Shown here piece after piece: positions 6,941-15,562 of a stretch of 23,750 bases of DNA. The position numbers were made by a program, and so were the translations under genes. The stretch is taken from positions 1 through 23,750 of the forward strand of contig PEXK01000039.1 of assembly GCA_002779075.1 (NCBI GenBank). The letters are read 5' to 3'. Under the pieces are notes generated by a model, which saw nothing but the letters and a program-made list of their open reading frames with translations, was not told the DNA's origin and did not search any database. How positions within the stretch are numbered: position 1 is the first letter of the stretch; each line of letters opens with the position of its first letter. This stretch comes from Candidatus Diapherotrites archaeon CG08_land_8_20_14_0_20_30_16. GTDB lineage: Archaea; Iainarchaeota; Iainarchaeia; Iainarchaeales; 0-14-0-20-30-16.

Positions 6941-7417
6941 AATCAATCACACATAAATATACCACGATATATTTATAAATATTGTGTGTAATCTGTGCAT
7001 TTTCTCTAGCATGCATTGCTACTTTAAAGCACAAATCTAAAAGTAGGCAATAGAATTTAAAGAGTTTGAAAGATATTTGGAATAAACTAAAATGCCTAAA
7101 CTAAGTCTTAGAATTATTCCGCATTAGATCAAAATAATCTTTATATGTTGTTTTACCGGGAATCCCGGTAGTCTACAGTATACGAAGAATTCCCGTAATT
7201 TTGCGAAGAGAACTGGTTTATAAAAGAATTAATAGAATTATGCTATGATTCCAGCACGAAATTTGTAAATGGAACATCAATAATGCTATACAAACCAAGT
7301 TTTAGGTATCTCGATGAAAAGAAGAAAAAAATTTACAAAAAAGAGGAGCAAAAGTTTTTGAGTAGAAACTAATTTTTGATTTTACCATTTTAATTTTACC
7401 ATAGCAATAAAACTTCA

Positions 7418-8356
7418 TTATTGCCTTTCTTTTAAGAATTTGAAAACTGCATTTGATGCAATTGCCCCTTCTCCTGCTGCAACAATTGCCTGTTTGAAAT
7501 GAGGATGGGTAGCAGTTACATCACCTGCTGCAAAAAGGCCTTCAACATTTGTTCTCTGCCATTCATCAACAATAATAAATCCAGCATTGTCAAACTTAAC
7601 ACCCACATCTTTCAAAAACAAAGTCTGTGGGATTGCACCAATTTCAGGAAACAAACCATCAAGCAAAAACGCATTATTTTTGCCTTCAATTTCCATCATA
7701 ACCTTTTCAAGTTTTTTCTCACCAGAGATCTCAACTACCTTTGAGTTAAAAATAATTTCAATATTTTTACATTCATTAATTTTTGAACTATAAATTGGCT
7801 GACATTTTAATTTATCTTGCCTGTAAAAAAGAATTACTTTTTTGCAGTACTCAGAAAGCAACAATGCAGCTTGTGCAGCACTATCGTTTCCACCAATCAC
7901 CCCAATAGTCTTGTTCTTAAACATTCTAGCATCACAAGTTGCACAATAGGACACACCATTTCCAATAAATTTTTCTTCTCCAATTCCCAAATGCCTGCTA
8001 GCCAACCCATTTGCAATAATCAAAGCCCTACACTTAAGAACTTTAGAATCTATAGTCTTTAACACAAAATTTTTTCCTGATTTTTTAATTTCAATAACAG
8101 TATCATTTAGAATTTCTGCATTAAATCCTTCAACAGCATGTTGGCGAATTTTCTGAACAAGCTCAAACCCTGAAATTACCTTAATGCCTGGCCAATTTGA
8201 AATTTCGTGTGATTTTTCAAGCATTCCATAATCTGTGCCAATAATTTTAAACTTTAATTTATACACACCAGCATAAATTCCAGCAGTTAAACCAGCGGGT
8301 CCGCTTCCTAAAATAACCAAATCCAAAACAACCATAAGAATAATAACCAGAAACAT
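7418..8356 (-). CDS. trxB: Thioredoxin reductase (low-molecular-weight TrxR family)
   Basis: FAD motif DLVILGSGPAGLTAG; redox-active CATC (7934-7945) in VSYCATCDARMF; second dinucleotide fold GVIGGNDSAAQAALLL; C-terminal FAAGDV. An alternative ATG at 8335 would remove a 7-aa hydrophobic leader. Confidence 0.85.
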   Translation of the reverse strand: MFLVIILMVVLDLVILGSGPAGLTAGIYAGVYKLKFKIIGTDYGMLEKSHEISNWPGIKVISGFELVQKIRQHAVEGFNAEILNDTVIEIKKSGKNFVLKTIDSKVLKCRALIIANGLASRHLGIGEEKFIGNGVSYCATCDARMFKNKTIGVIGGNDSAAQAALLLSEYCKKVILFYRQDKLKCQPIYSSKINECKNIEIIFNSKVVEISGEKKLEKVMMEIEGKNNAFLLDGLFPEIGAIPQTLFLKDVGVKFDNAGFIIVDEWQRTNVEGLFAAGDVTATHPHFKQAIVAAGEGAIASNAVFKFLKERQ

Positions 8357-8472
8357 TATTTAAAGATATTCCTGTTAAAATTAACACTTGTAAATTAGTT
8401 ATTGTAAAAATTCTTGGTTCTGTAGAAATAAAACCAATAAAATATTTTTATTTGTGTAGGTTTGTTGGCGAA

Positions 8473-8566
8473 ATTATTTAGCATCAAAATGGCTTTTGTA
8501 GAAAAGAGCTTTTGATGTATAAGTAAAAAGTTTGAAATTGTTTATTTGTTTCACAACTTTTTACTT
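8473..8566 (+). repeat. Two-hairpin intergenic module, copy B
   Basis: Hairpin 1 spans 8482-8517: CATCAAAA-TG-GCTTTT-GTAGAA-AAGAGC-TTTTGATG. Hairpin 2 is a perfect 12-bp inverted repeat, 8521-8532 AAGTAAAAAGTT paired with 8555-8566 AACTTTTTACTT. Its right arm contains the S10 stop codon. Confidence 0.6.
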
Positions 8567-8869
8567 TAGTTCAATTTCCACATATACCCTATCTGGCATT
8601 TCTATTTGCATGACTTTTTTTAAAACTAGTTCATTTGCGTAAATATCAATCATGCGCTTATGCACTCGCATTTGCCAATGCTCATAACTTTCAGTGCCAC
8701 CACCGCAAGGACTCTTTCTTGTAGGAACAATCATCTTCTTTGTTGGAAGATAAATTATACCCGTATGCTTAATACCTGATTTCTCAGCAATTTCAATAAT
8801 GTTCTTGCAAACATTATCCAAAAGCTTCATCTCAGGACTGCTCAATTTTACCCTTGCATATGATGTCAT
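8561..8869 (-). CDS. rps10: 30S ribosomal protein S10 (uS10)
   Basis: 102 aa with an ATG start. The sequence ARVKLSS...IIYLPTKKMIVPTRKSPCGGGTESYEHWQMRVHKRMIDI is a clear uS10 pattern. It occupies the conserved position after EF-1alpha. Confidence 0.9.
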   Translation of the reverse strand: MTSYARVKLSSPEMKLLDNVCKNIIEIAEKSGIKHTGIIYLPTKKMIVPTRKSPCGGGTESYEHWQMRVHKRMIDIYANELVLKKVMQIEMPDRVYVEIELK

Positions 8870-8884
8870 AAAATCACTTTATTT

Positions 8885-8962
8885 TTATGAACGTGTCAAA
8901 ATGGTTTTGAACTTTTGACACTTCGTAAAAGTTTTGTAATTTTTGAATTCAAAACTTCTACG
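8885..8962 (+). repeat. Two-hairpin intergenic module, copy C (hairpin 1 has an internal deletion)
   Basis: Hairpin 1 spans 8893-8921: GTGTCAAAA-TG-GTTTTGAAC-TTTTGACAC, a 9-bp outer stem with the same UG junction. Hairpin 2 pairs 8924-8936 with 8950-8962 (13 positions, 1 mismatch). Its left arm CGTAAAAGTTTTG is homologous to AAGTAAAAAGTTTG in copy B. Confidence 0.5.
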
Positions 8963-9025
8963 CTCTGTTGTAATTTCTTGATTTTTCTGAAAGAAATTAT
9001 CAACTATGTCATCGTTAATCACTTA

Positions 9026-9086
9026 TTAAAAAAATAAATAAAAATAAAAAATAAAAAGGCAACTCTAAAGGGGAATACATCCCCTT
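9026..9086 (-). terminator. Candidate terminator after EF-1alpha: GC-rich hairpin followed by a long oligo-T tract
   Basis: In minus-sense, 19 nt after the tuf stop: AAGGGGA-TGTAT-TCCCCTT (9086-9068, 7-bp stem). This is followed by TAGAGTTGCC and then TTTTTATTTTTTATTTTTATTTATTTTTT. Oligo-T is the established archaeal termination signal. Confidence 0.45.
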
Positions 9087-9104
9087 CAACAGCCCCTTTT
9101 AATA

Positions 9105-10370
<1,266 letters not shown>

Positions 10371-10502
10371 TTTTAAATCCCCCCAAATTTAAGATAAACA
10401 CACTAAACAGTAAAATTTTATATACTGCTAGGATTACTTATAAGATATATATATTAAGTAAAAAATATAAAGCCAACCTAGAACCAAATATCTATTTTAC
10501 CT

Positions 10503-13500
10503 TTAATCCATGTAATATGATGCATCTTTAGGTTGTGGTTCCATACCTTTTCTTGTTCTTATTTCTGTTATTAACTTCTTTTGCATATCATGAGGCAACA
10601 TTTCATAGCCTTCATATTCTGCTGTCCATATAACCTTTCCTTGGGTTACTGATCTTGATGCCTGGCTAAACCCAATAAGCTCTTTAACTGGTGCAACACC
10701 AATAATTATTGTTTCTTCACCTTGGGTCTTTATACTTTCTAATCTTGCTCTTCTATTCTGCAATTCTTTTGTCATTGCACCTAAATATTCATTAGGGATT
10801 GATAAATATAATCTTTGTTTAGGCTCAAAAATAACAGGATTAGAAGATAACATTGCACAATATAATCCTCTATTTATTGCAGGAATAACTTGTGCAGGGC
10901 CTCTGTGAATTGCATCCTCGTGCAGAGTAGCATCATCAATATAAACAAAAATTCCTACTACTTTTTCGCCAGCTAAAGGCCCCTTATCTGTAGTTTCATT
11001 GAAGCCTTGAATTAATAATTCTTTTACTTCTAATAATTGAATAATTCCTCTTGTTCTGTTAATCAACATACAACCATTATTAATTGCCCAAACGCTTTTT
11101 GCAGTATCTCTTGGTAATCCAATTGCAATTAATTTTTGTATTTTTTCATCATCCTTATTTTCTCTTATTTTACCAGTTATTTTAGTATCTAATAATTTTT
11201 CATAAAATTCCTTATCCATTGGTTCAACAATCAATTTAAACTTATTATGCTTGTTTGGTGTTTTTGATTCAATAACTGATGAAGCCTTCTGTATTGTTTC
11301 TTCATAAACAACAATTGGTGGACTCACATTAATTGGAACACCATTATCGTGTTCAATTCTGTACTGAACAATTTCTAAATGCAATTCGCCCATTCCACTT
11401 ACTAATATTTCACCAGTAGTTTGTTCTAAGACAGTTCTTACATTTGGATCTTCTTTTACAATTTGTTTTAATACATCTATCAATTTAGGTAGGTCTTTTG
11501 GATTTTTTGATTCAATAGACATTGTTATTACTGGTTCTGCTTTAGACATAAAATTCTCAAATTCTTTTATTGGTTCTTCGGCAATAGTTTCACCTGCACA
11601 AGTATCTTTTGCACCAATTATTGCTGCAATATTTCCTGCAGACACCTCATCAACCAATACTCTTTCGGGGCCCATATAAAGTGCAACTTGCTGTACTTTT
11701 ATTGTTTTTTGTGATCCTACCAAATAAACATCCTTGCCTCGTGTAATAGTTCCAGAATAAATTCTTCCTGTTGCAACATCGCCCGCATGAACATCATGAA
11801 TTAAGTCAGTAACCATCATTGCAAAGGGTCCTTTTGGATCACACTTCAACATGGATTTTCCATATTTACTTTCTAAATCTCCGCCCCAAATATGTGCAAT
11901 TCTATATTTTTGTGCATCTAACGGGGATGGCAGGTGTTTAATTACAACATCTAACAGCACTTTACTAATATGAGTTTTTTTTGCTAATGTTTTTTGGTCG
12001 CCAGCTTTACAATAATCATAAACATCTTTGAATGTAATTCCTAATTCTTTAATTGAATTATAACTCAATGCCCAATTATTAAATCCAGAACCAAATGCAA
12101 CACTTCCTTCTTGCACAGAAACATTCCACCCCCCCTTAAACTCTTCGGGACAAAATTTACTTATTACTTTGTTTACCTCGTTGATTACTTCAACAAATCT
12201 TTTTTGCATTTCTTCAGGAGTAACTTTTAATTCGTTTACTAATCTATCAACTTTATTCAAAAATAAAACAGGTTTAACATATTCTTTCAATGCTTGTCTA
12301 ATAACAGTTTCTGTTTGAGGCATTACGCCTTCAACAACATCAACAACAACAACAACACCATCAACAGCTCTCATTGCTCTTATTACATCTCCTCCAAAAT
12401 CAACATGGCCTGGAGTATCAATTAAATTAATTAAATATTTCTGGCCATCAAGATCATTATAAACCAAGGAAATATTTGACGCATTAATTGTTATTCCTCT
12501 TTCTTGTTCCAATTCATATGAATCCATGAAACATTGTTTACCTGCTAATTCTTCAGATATTACGCCTGATGATGCAATTAGGTTGTCACTCAAAGTGGTG
12601 TTGTGAACAATAAAACCGTCTGCAATGAAATTATGAAATTTATCTACACTAAAATCATAAACAAACTTTTTTTTATTTCTCGTTTTTATTTCTTTGATTT
12701 TTATAAAGGAAGTATCATATCTAGTTAATATATTTAACTCTTTAACTATTTTATCTTCTTTTGGATATCTGTTCAAAATTTTTTGCAAAGATTGTTTTGA
12801 TAACCCTACATTATTGTTTTCATAATTGCAGTAGCCATTAAAAAATGCCATTTGTTGGAGATTATATTTCTCTCTTAATTTTTTAAGAATATTTCCTGAA
12901 ATTGCAACATATTCATTTTTTGCGACTTTTGCTCTATTTAACAAATTTTTGTAAGCTTCTCTTTTATAAGAAATTGAAAATCCAATTTTCTTAAAATTTT
13001 CTAGAGATTTTCTTCCAGAAATATATAATGTTCCCTTTTTATGATTGAATGAACTATCTATATCAAATTTGTAAAGCAGAAGTTGAAGCTCTAAAAGGAA
13101 GTTTTTGCTTCTGCTTGTTACAGAAATTGCACTCCTAGCTTTTTCAATTCCACCATCAACATCTAAGTAACCCCTAATAAATGCGGAAATACATTTCTTA
13201 TCTGATTTTTCTAAAAAAATTGATACTTTCAAATTATATGTTTTTTTATTTTTAGGATACAAAAATAGATTCTCTAAGATTTTCTTTAAAGTTATCCCAC
13301 CGACCTCAATTCTTGTAGCTCTGTTTTTGAAATTTCTTACTTTACAACTAGTATTAAACTCTTTTGCAATACCTTTCACTTCTTCCTGTATTTCTTTGTT
13401 ATTATTTGTTATACTACAACCCAAATCTCCGTCGCCAAAAAATAATCCTGACAAATAATATAGTCTCTCAAAATTTTTTGGCAAATTAATTTTCAAAGAG

Positions 13501-14297
13501 GAATGTACACCTTTACTTTTTATTCCTCTATAGTTTATCCAATTTATTTGATTCCAAATTTCTGTTATTTTAATATTAAATAAGTTACAAACAGATATAA
13601 AATCCATCAGCCTATATTCGCCCCGCCAAACACAATGATAAAAAGACTTTGGTTTCAACAGAGAAATTATTTCAGAGTATACCTCAAAACTTCCTACTTC
13701 CGAGATCTTTTTGTGTAATATCTTTTTTAATTTTGGTTTCAGGATTATGTAAAATCCTTTGTCTCTTGCCAATTCAAATAAAAATTCCTTTTTTTGTTCT
13801 TCTTTATTCATCCCCTTGTGAATTAATTTTCTGCTTGAAACAAGGATTTCAGATTTTTTTAACCTTCCTGCTTCTTTTTCAATTATTTTTCCTTCTTTAT
13901 CTAATATTAAAAATTTGTGTTCTTTTGTTGTTTTTATTTTTCTTCCATTTTCCAAAGTTACTTCTACTAACGGTTCTGTATTTCTCAGTTTCCACAAATG
14001 AGTTATTTTTCCTTCTTTTATTTTCCCTGTCTTTTTATCGAAAGAATTAACTAAAATTGGTCTTTTTAATTTCACTACTATTTCTTCTGTATTTTTATTT
14101 ACAATTTTTCCTTTATCCTTGAATCTATTAAATAACCTTTCTGCTCCTAAATTTTCCCCAGTTGTAAGAGAGAGTCGTGTTTCTGAAGAAACACATTTCC
14201 CATGATCAATATGCGCAACTATGCCTAAGTTTCTAATATTTTTTTGATTGCACATCAATTCTACTGCTTGTTTTGCCACTTCTTCTCTTTTTGCCAT
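10503..14297 (-). CDS. fusA: Translation elongation factor 2 (aEF-2) precursor, interrupted by an intein
   Basis: The exteins read ...NIRNLGIVAHIDHGK | TTLSDNLIASSGVISEELAGK...LIDTPGHVDFGGDV...NKVDR...HEDAIHRGPAQ (diphthamide-site HRG)...YYMD*. The tracked TTG at 14330 adds 11 unlikely residues; the ATG at 14297 (MAKREEV...) is preferred. Extein total is 732 aa, and the intein is 532 aa. Confidence 0.92.
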   Translation of the reverse strand: MAKREEVAKQAVELMCNQKNIRNLGIVAHIDHGKCVSSETRLSLTTGENLGAERLFNRFKDKGKIVNKNTEEIVVKLKRPILVNSFDKKTGKIKEGKITHLWKLRNTEPLVEVTLENGRKIKTTKEHKFLILDKEGKIIEKEAGRLKKSEILVSSRKLIHKGMNKEEQKKEFLFELARDKGFYIILKPKLKKILHKKISEVGSFEVYSEIISLLKPKSFYHCVWRGEYRLMDFISVCNLFNIKITEIWNQINWINYRGIKSKGVHSSLKINLPKNFERLYYLSGLFFGDGDLGCSITNNNKEIQEEVKGIAKEFNTSCKVRNFKNRATRIEVGGITLKKILENLFLYPKNKKTYNLKVSIFLEKSDKKCISAFIRGYLDVDGGIEKARSAISVTSRSKNFLLELQLLLYKFDIDSSFNHKKGTLYISGRKSLENFKKIGFSISYKREAYKNLLNRAKVAKNEYVAISGNILKKLREKYNLQQMAFFNGYCNYENNNVGLSKQSLQKILNRYPKEDKIVKELNILTRYDTSFIKIKEIKTRNKKKFVYDFSVDKFHNFIADGFIVHNTTLSDNLIASSGVISEELAGKQCFMDSYELEQERGITINASNISLVYNDLDGQKYLINLIDTPGHVDFGGDVIRAMRAVDGVVVVVDVVEGVMPQTETVIRQALKEYVKPVLFLNKVDRLVNELKVTPEEMQKRFVEVINEVNKVISKFCPEEFKGGWNVSVQEGSVAFGSGFNNWALSYNSIKELGITFKDVYDYCKAGDQKTLAKKTHISKVLLDVVIKHLPSPLDAQKYRIAHIWGGDLESKYGKSMLKCDPKGPFAMMVTDLIHDVHAGDVATGRIYSGTITRGKDVYLVGSQKTIKVQQVALYMGPERVLVDEVSAGNIAAIIGAKDTCAGETIAEEPIKEFENFMSKAEPVITMSIESKNPKDLPKLIDVLKQIVKEDPNVRTVLEQTTGEILVSGMGELHLEIVQYRIEHDNGVPINVSPPIVVYEETIQKASSVIESKTPNKHNKFKLIVEPMDKEFYEKLLDTKITGKIRENKDDEKIQKLIAIGLPRDTAKSVWAINNGCMLINRTRGIIQLLEVKELLIQGFNETTDKGPLAGEKVVGIFVYIDDATLHEDAIHRGPAQVIPAINRGLYCAMLSSNPVIFEPKQRLYLSIPNEYLGAMTKELQNRRARLESIKTQGEETIIIGVAPVKELIGFSQASRSVTQGKVIWTAEYEGYEMLPHDMQKKLITEIRTRKGMEPQPKDASYYMD
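12600..14195 (-). mobile_element. Intein (Hint domain + LAGLIDADG homing endonuclease) inserted in the EF-2 P-loop
   Basis: Cys1 codon at 14195-14193 (CVSSETRLSL, block A). Block B TxxH is present in GRKIKTTKEHKF. The two LAGLIDADG motifs are LYYLSGLFFGDGDL (about 13418-13465) and FIRGYLDVDGGI (about 13146-13190), each retaining the acidic residue. Blocks F/G read KFVYDFSVDKFHNFIADGFIVHN, with the terminal Asn codon at 12602-12600 and a +1 Thr. It is 1596 nt, in frame. Confidence 0.88.
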
Positions 14298-14443
14298 AAA
14301 TAACCCTTCTATTTTATGGAACTGTTGCAATTTCTGATTTCTTTGAGGAAATTTACAACTGCGCCATAAATCATCAACTTTACTATTTAATTCCTTAAAA
14401 ACATAAAAATAAATTATAAAAAGAAATATGGAAAAATCTTTTA

Positions 14444-15043
14444 CTATCTACTAGATCTTGCAATTCTTTCTATTTCATCTTTTCTTTTTATTGAATAACT
14501 TTTTTGATCTCTAGATGCTGCTAACATTATTCCTGATGCCAAAGCATCTGCAAAAGTTATTTTTGTATTAAAAGTATTTGCAAATACTGCTAAAACAATA
14601 TTTTTTAATGCCTCATCTAATTTTTTAATTGGCGCAACATCAACAGATTCTGCAGATGCAACTCCCCCTTTTGTAATTCTAGTAACATCTTCATTTGGTG
14701 TTGAGTTTTCAATAGCATCTATCAAAACTTGAACAGGATTTTTCCCTGTTTTTTTATTTATAATATCAAATGCACTATCTACTGCTTTCAATGCTAATAA
14801 TTTTTTTCCGCAGTTCAATCTGCCTCTATAAAATTTTCCACCAAGCTTCTTTTTTCCTTGTCCGGATCTCATCAGTTTATTTATCAAACGTTCAATAATA
14901 TTTATTCTTTCTTTGCTTTTTCCTGACGAAATACTTGTTCCAAAAGTGTGCATAGAAAGTCTATTCTCTAAAACAACATACGGCACTAATCCGGCGTCTC
15001 TAATTTTAATTTCTGTTGCATCCCACTTTCCAAATACTTTCAT
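14444..15043 (-). CDS. rps7: 30S ribosomal protein S7 (uS7)
   Basis: 199 aa with an ATG start. It shows an archaeal uS7 pattern (KVFGKWD...LVPYV...INKLMRSG...GKK...A..IV..AF.II) and sits in the conserved position between S12 and EF-2. Confidence 0.9.
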   Translation of the reverse strand: MKVFGKWDATEIKIRDAGLVPYVVLENRLSMHTFGTSISSGKSKERINIIERLINKLMRSGQGKKKLGGKFYRGRLNCGKKLLALKAVDSAFDIINKKTGKNPVQVLIDAIENSTPNEDVTRITKGGVASAESVDVAPIKKLDEALKNIVLAVFANTFNTKITFADALASGIMLAASRDQKSYSIKRKDEIERIARSSR

Positions 15044-15103
15044 ATTTATCCCTTTTTATCAATATCAATTTTCAATACACAAACTTGTACTGTTTAGTGT
15101 GCA

Positions 15104-15532
15104 TTATCTTTTGGCTTTTTCTTTTTTGCCTCTTCTTAATTGTTCTAAAGAAATACCATTTACTTTTTCCACTTTATATGATACACCCCAAAGGTCCCCT
15201 TTTGGTCCGCCTTTTGAGCCATTTATACCAGACACTGTTACTTCATCGTGTTGATCAATATATTTTATTGCACCATCTTTTGGTGCCAAGGCAGTTACTT
15301 TTATGCCATTACTTAACTGCACTCTCACACATTTTCTTAATCCTGAATTTGGCTGTTTTGCTTCAACTGTTCTTTTAAGAAGAACAATACCACTTTTCAT
15401 AGGTGCACCTTGCAGAGGATCTTTCAAAGTGCCAGTATCTCTTTTCCATTTTTTCATATATTTAGCAGACTTTTTTCTCCACATTTTCTTGCTTTTAAGC
15501 ATTTTTCGTGCTGCAAATTCACCATTACTCAT
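15104..15532 (-). CDS. rps12: 30S ribosomal protein S12 (uS12)
   Basis: 142 aa with an ATG start. The sequence [49 protein letters not shown] is the conserved uS12 core. Confidence 0.92.
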   Translation of the reverse strand: MSNGEFAARKMLKSKKMWRKKSAKYMKKWKRDTGTLKDPLQGAPMKSGIVLLKRTVEAKQPNSGLRKCVRVQLSNGIKVTALAPKDGAIKYIDQHDEVTVSGINGSKGGPKGDLWGVSYKVEKVNGISLEQLRRGKKEKAKR

Positions 15533-15545
15533 TCATACCACTCAA

Positions 15546-15562
15546 AAATATATATAAATAAA
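15546..15562 (-). promoter_or_regulatory. TATA-box-like element upstream of S12
   Basis: Minus-sense GTTTATTTATATATATTTT lies about 15-30 nt upstream of the S12 ATG. This is consistent with a separate str-operon promoter giving a leaderless or short-leader transcript. It is sequence resemblance only. Confidence 0.3.

Noticed and set aside
8885-9022. 45-codon GTG-initiated minus-strand ORF (VINDDIVDNFFQKNQEITTERRSFEFKNYKTFTKCQKFKTILTRS) filling the tuf-rps10 spacer
   Set aside because: It has no Shine-Dalgarno sequence, although the neighbouring genes do. It begins inside the oligo-T terminator-like tract, and its sequence is dictated by three consecutive hairpins. A small protein cannot be fully excluded without ribosome profiling.
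10421-10446. Shared words (TGCTA, CTAGG, GGATTACTT, TAAGAT) between the EF-1alpha upstream spacer and the S12 upstream spacer (15597-15649), considered as a possible common promoter-upstream element
   Set aside because: The word order is scrambled and gaps are required. With only two instances in AT-rich sequence I cannot separate this from chance. It is worth a motif search only if genome-wide data are available.
13649-14050. 133-aa plus-strand ORF antisense to the intein part of EF-2. The same applies to similar antisense ORFs at 2203-2418, 5376-5600, 7499-8062, 14913-15631, 16024-16290, 17462-17770, 19084-19635, 20537-20833, 21136-21405 and 22229-22426.
   Set aside because: All lie wholly inside strongly supported minus-strand genes. 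They are Leu/Phe/Ser/Ile-rich low-complexity translations typical of the shadow strand of AT-rich coding DNA, and they carry no recognisable motifs.
14298-14330. TTG-initiated 11-codon extension of EF-2 (MQQFHKIEGLF)
   Set aside because: The ATG at 14297 gives the N-terminus expected of aEF-2 (MAKREEV...). The extension has no homology signal.
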